24,000 nucleotides of DNA from an uncultured Spirochaetales bacterium (GTDB lineage: Bacteria > Spirochaetota > Spirochaetia > Sphaerochaetales > Sphaerochaetaceae): positions 171,828 through 195,827 of the forward strand of contig CALXKL010000005.1 of assembly GCA_944388965.1 (NCBI GenBank), written 5' to 3'. Positions 22,888-24,000 of this stretch are shown here, piece by piece. The notes below the pieces were generated by a model, which did no database searches, was not told the origin of the DNA, and saw nothing but the letters and a program-made list of their open reading frames with translations. How positions within the stretch are numbered: the stretch's first letter is position 1; every line of letters starts with the position of its first letter. Position numbers and translations under genes: made by a program.

Positions 22888-23976
22888 TCAGCCGTTGAGG
22901 GACTTCAAGATCTCCTGTGCAACTCTCTCGTTGTCATAGTCGGAGCTGGTCGCAGGCAGGTAGCCTGTGTGGCTGTAGATCGCGATGACGCCCTTGCCCT
23001 CCTCGGTCTTGTTGAGGTTCATGAAGGCCTGCTGGAGAGCAGCGACGAACTCGTCTGTCATGATAGGACTGTTCTTGGAGACGCAGACGGTATCGTTGTA
23101 GATCATAGGTGTGACTCCGATGAGATCGGTGTCCTCCCAGATGGAATTCTGCATTCCGAAGGAATCGTTCCAATCGTCCTCGTAGTCTCTTCTTGCATCG
23201 GCGAAGCAGCATACGATGTCGACCTGACCGGAAGCAAGGCGGGCGAAGGCGGAAGGATAGGAGTCGACCTGGACAGTGTGCGTGAGATCGGCGATCGTCC
23301 TGTTGTCGTAGCGCTCCATGAGCCACATCGTCGGATATACATAACCGGCGCTGCTGGTGGAACTCATGACCGCCCAGTTCGCGCTGTCGAGATCCTCCCA
23401 GGTGAGATCCTCACCTGCATTCACCTTTGCGGCAAGCTCCTGACCCTTTGCGGAAGGTCCGGCGATAAGCAGAGCCCTGTAGCCGACTGCCTGCTCGGTG
23501 CTTGCAGTGATGGGCTCGTTCTGGTTCCAGTCCCTGGGATCGTCGCTGTCGACGGACAGACCATCTCTGGTCGCAGTGAGAATGACATCGCAGCCCTTGT
23601 CGTACAGGAGGTACGTGTTGGCAGGCATTCCGACAGAGACGTCCGCACTTCCGGCTGTCAGCGCAACACCGACCGCCTCATAGTTCGTTCCAACGGAGAT
23701 GTCGATGTTCTCGACCGTGTAGCCCTGCGCAGCAAGCTCCTGCGTAAGCAGCTCCTTGAGGGGCTCGGTTGCAGTGATGATCTCCTCAGGCTCCCTGGAA
23801 GGGACATACATGATTCTGAGCTCCTCGATGACGTTCCCATCCTGAGAGGCGCTCTCGGATGATCCGCCCGCGAAAAGGCTCACGGCGACAAGAGCCATGA
23901 GAACCAGCGTCAATGTTCTTTTCAGGTTCTTCACGGAAAGTTGAGGGATGAAGGGCAAGATTGAAAAGAAGAGCAT
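22888..23976 (-). CDS. phnD: Phosphate/phosphite/phosphonate ABC transporter substrate-binding protein PhnD
   Basis: PhnD-like periplasmic binding protein (LRIMYVPSREPEE...TNYEAVGVALTAGSADVSVGMPANTYLLY...AIYSHTGY). Signal peptide KNLKRTLTLVLMALVAVSLFAG. The start is uncertain: ATG 23976 gives the longest ORF, and GTG 23934 gives a better signal-peptide n-region. Confidence 0.85.
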   Translation of the reverse strand: MLFFSILPFIPQLSVKNLKRTLTLVLMALVAVSLFAGGSSESASQDGNVIEELRIMYVPSREPEEIITATEPLKELLTQELAAQGYTVENIDISVGTNYEAVGVALTAGSADVSVGMPANTYLLYDKGCDVILTATRDGLSVDSDDPRDWNQNEPITASTEQAVGYRALLIAGPSAKGQELAAKVNAGEDLTWEDLDSANWAVMSSTSSAGYVYPTMWLMERYDNRTIADLTHTVQVDSYPSAFARLASGQVDIVCCFADARRDYEDDWNDSFGMQNSIWEDTDLIGVTPMIYNDTVCVSKNSPIMTDEFVAALQQAFMNLNKTEEGKGVIAIYSHTGYLPATSSDYDNERVAQEILKSLNG

Positions 23977-24000
23977 GCGCGTTCTAAAGTTTAGATACCA

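Overview
This 24 kb window is densely coding bacterial chromosome. Hand counts give roughly 55-60% G+C in the left half and lower values in parts of the right half. I found no rRNA, tRNA, CRISPR array, transposase, integrase or phage gene.

A roughly 900 aa GreA and a tight cmk-rpsA pair suggest a spirochaete (Spirochaetota) origin. That is an inference from memory of those genomes, not a search result.

Left half (1-12.5 kb), housekeeping genes:
- Giant GreA and an AI-2E family transporter on the minus strand.
- yhhQ translationally coupled to a small radical-SAM gene.
- A tightly packed plus-strand operon: rpe-dtd-recA-scpA-scpB-rluB-cmk-rpsA.

Right half (12.5-24 kb), more accessory-looking:
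- A membrane-anchored TPR protein plus an orphan serine-rich lipoprotein with lower G+C.
- A minus-strand sulfur/selenium-type module: Crp/Fnr regulator, TusA/YeeD, YeeE/YedE, then an atypical thioredoxin-reductase-like flavoprotein. An intrinsic terminator sits inside this module.
- A second, divergent Crp/Fnr paralog.
- A roughly 520 bp non-coding gap between convergent genes. Its core is about 20% G+C.
- A phnD-phnC-phnE-phnE transporter operon coupled to a signal-peptide-less 5'-nucleotidase-family metallophosphoesterase.

The most promising leads:
1. The TusA-YeeE-TrxR-like module with its two regulators.
2. The yhhQ/radical-SAM pair, a possible 7-deazaguanine or queuine salvage unit.
3. 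The AT-rich island.
4. The phn transporter plus cytoplasmic phosphoesterase, with no C-P cleavage genes in view.

The many long antisense ORFs in the track are by-products of GC-rich third codon positions and are rejected.
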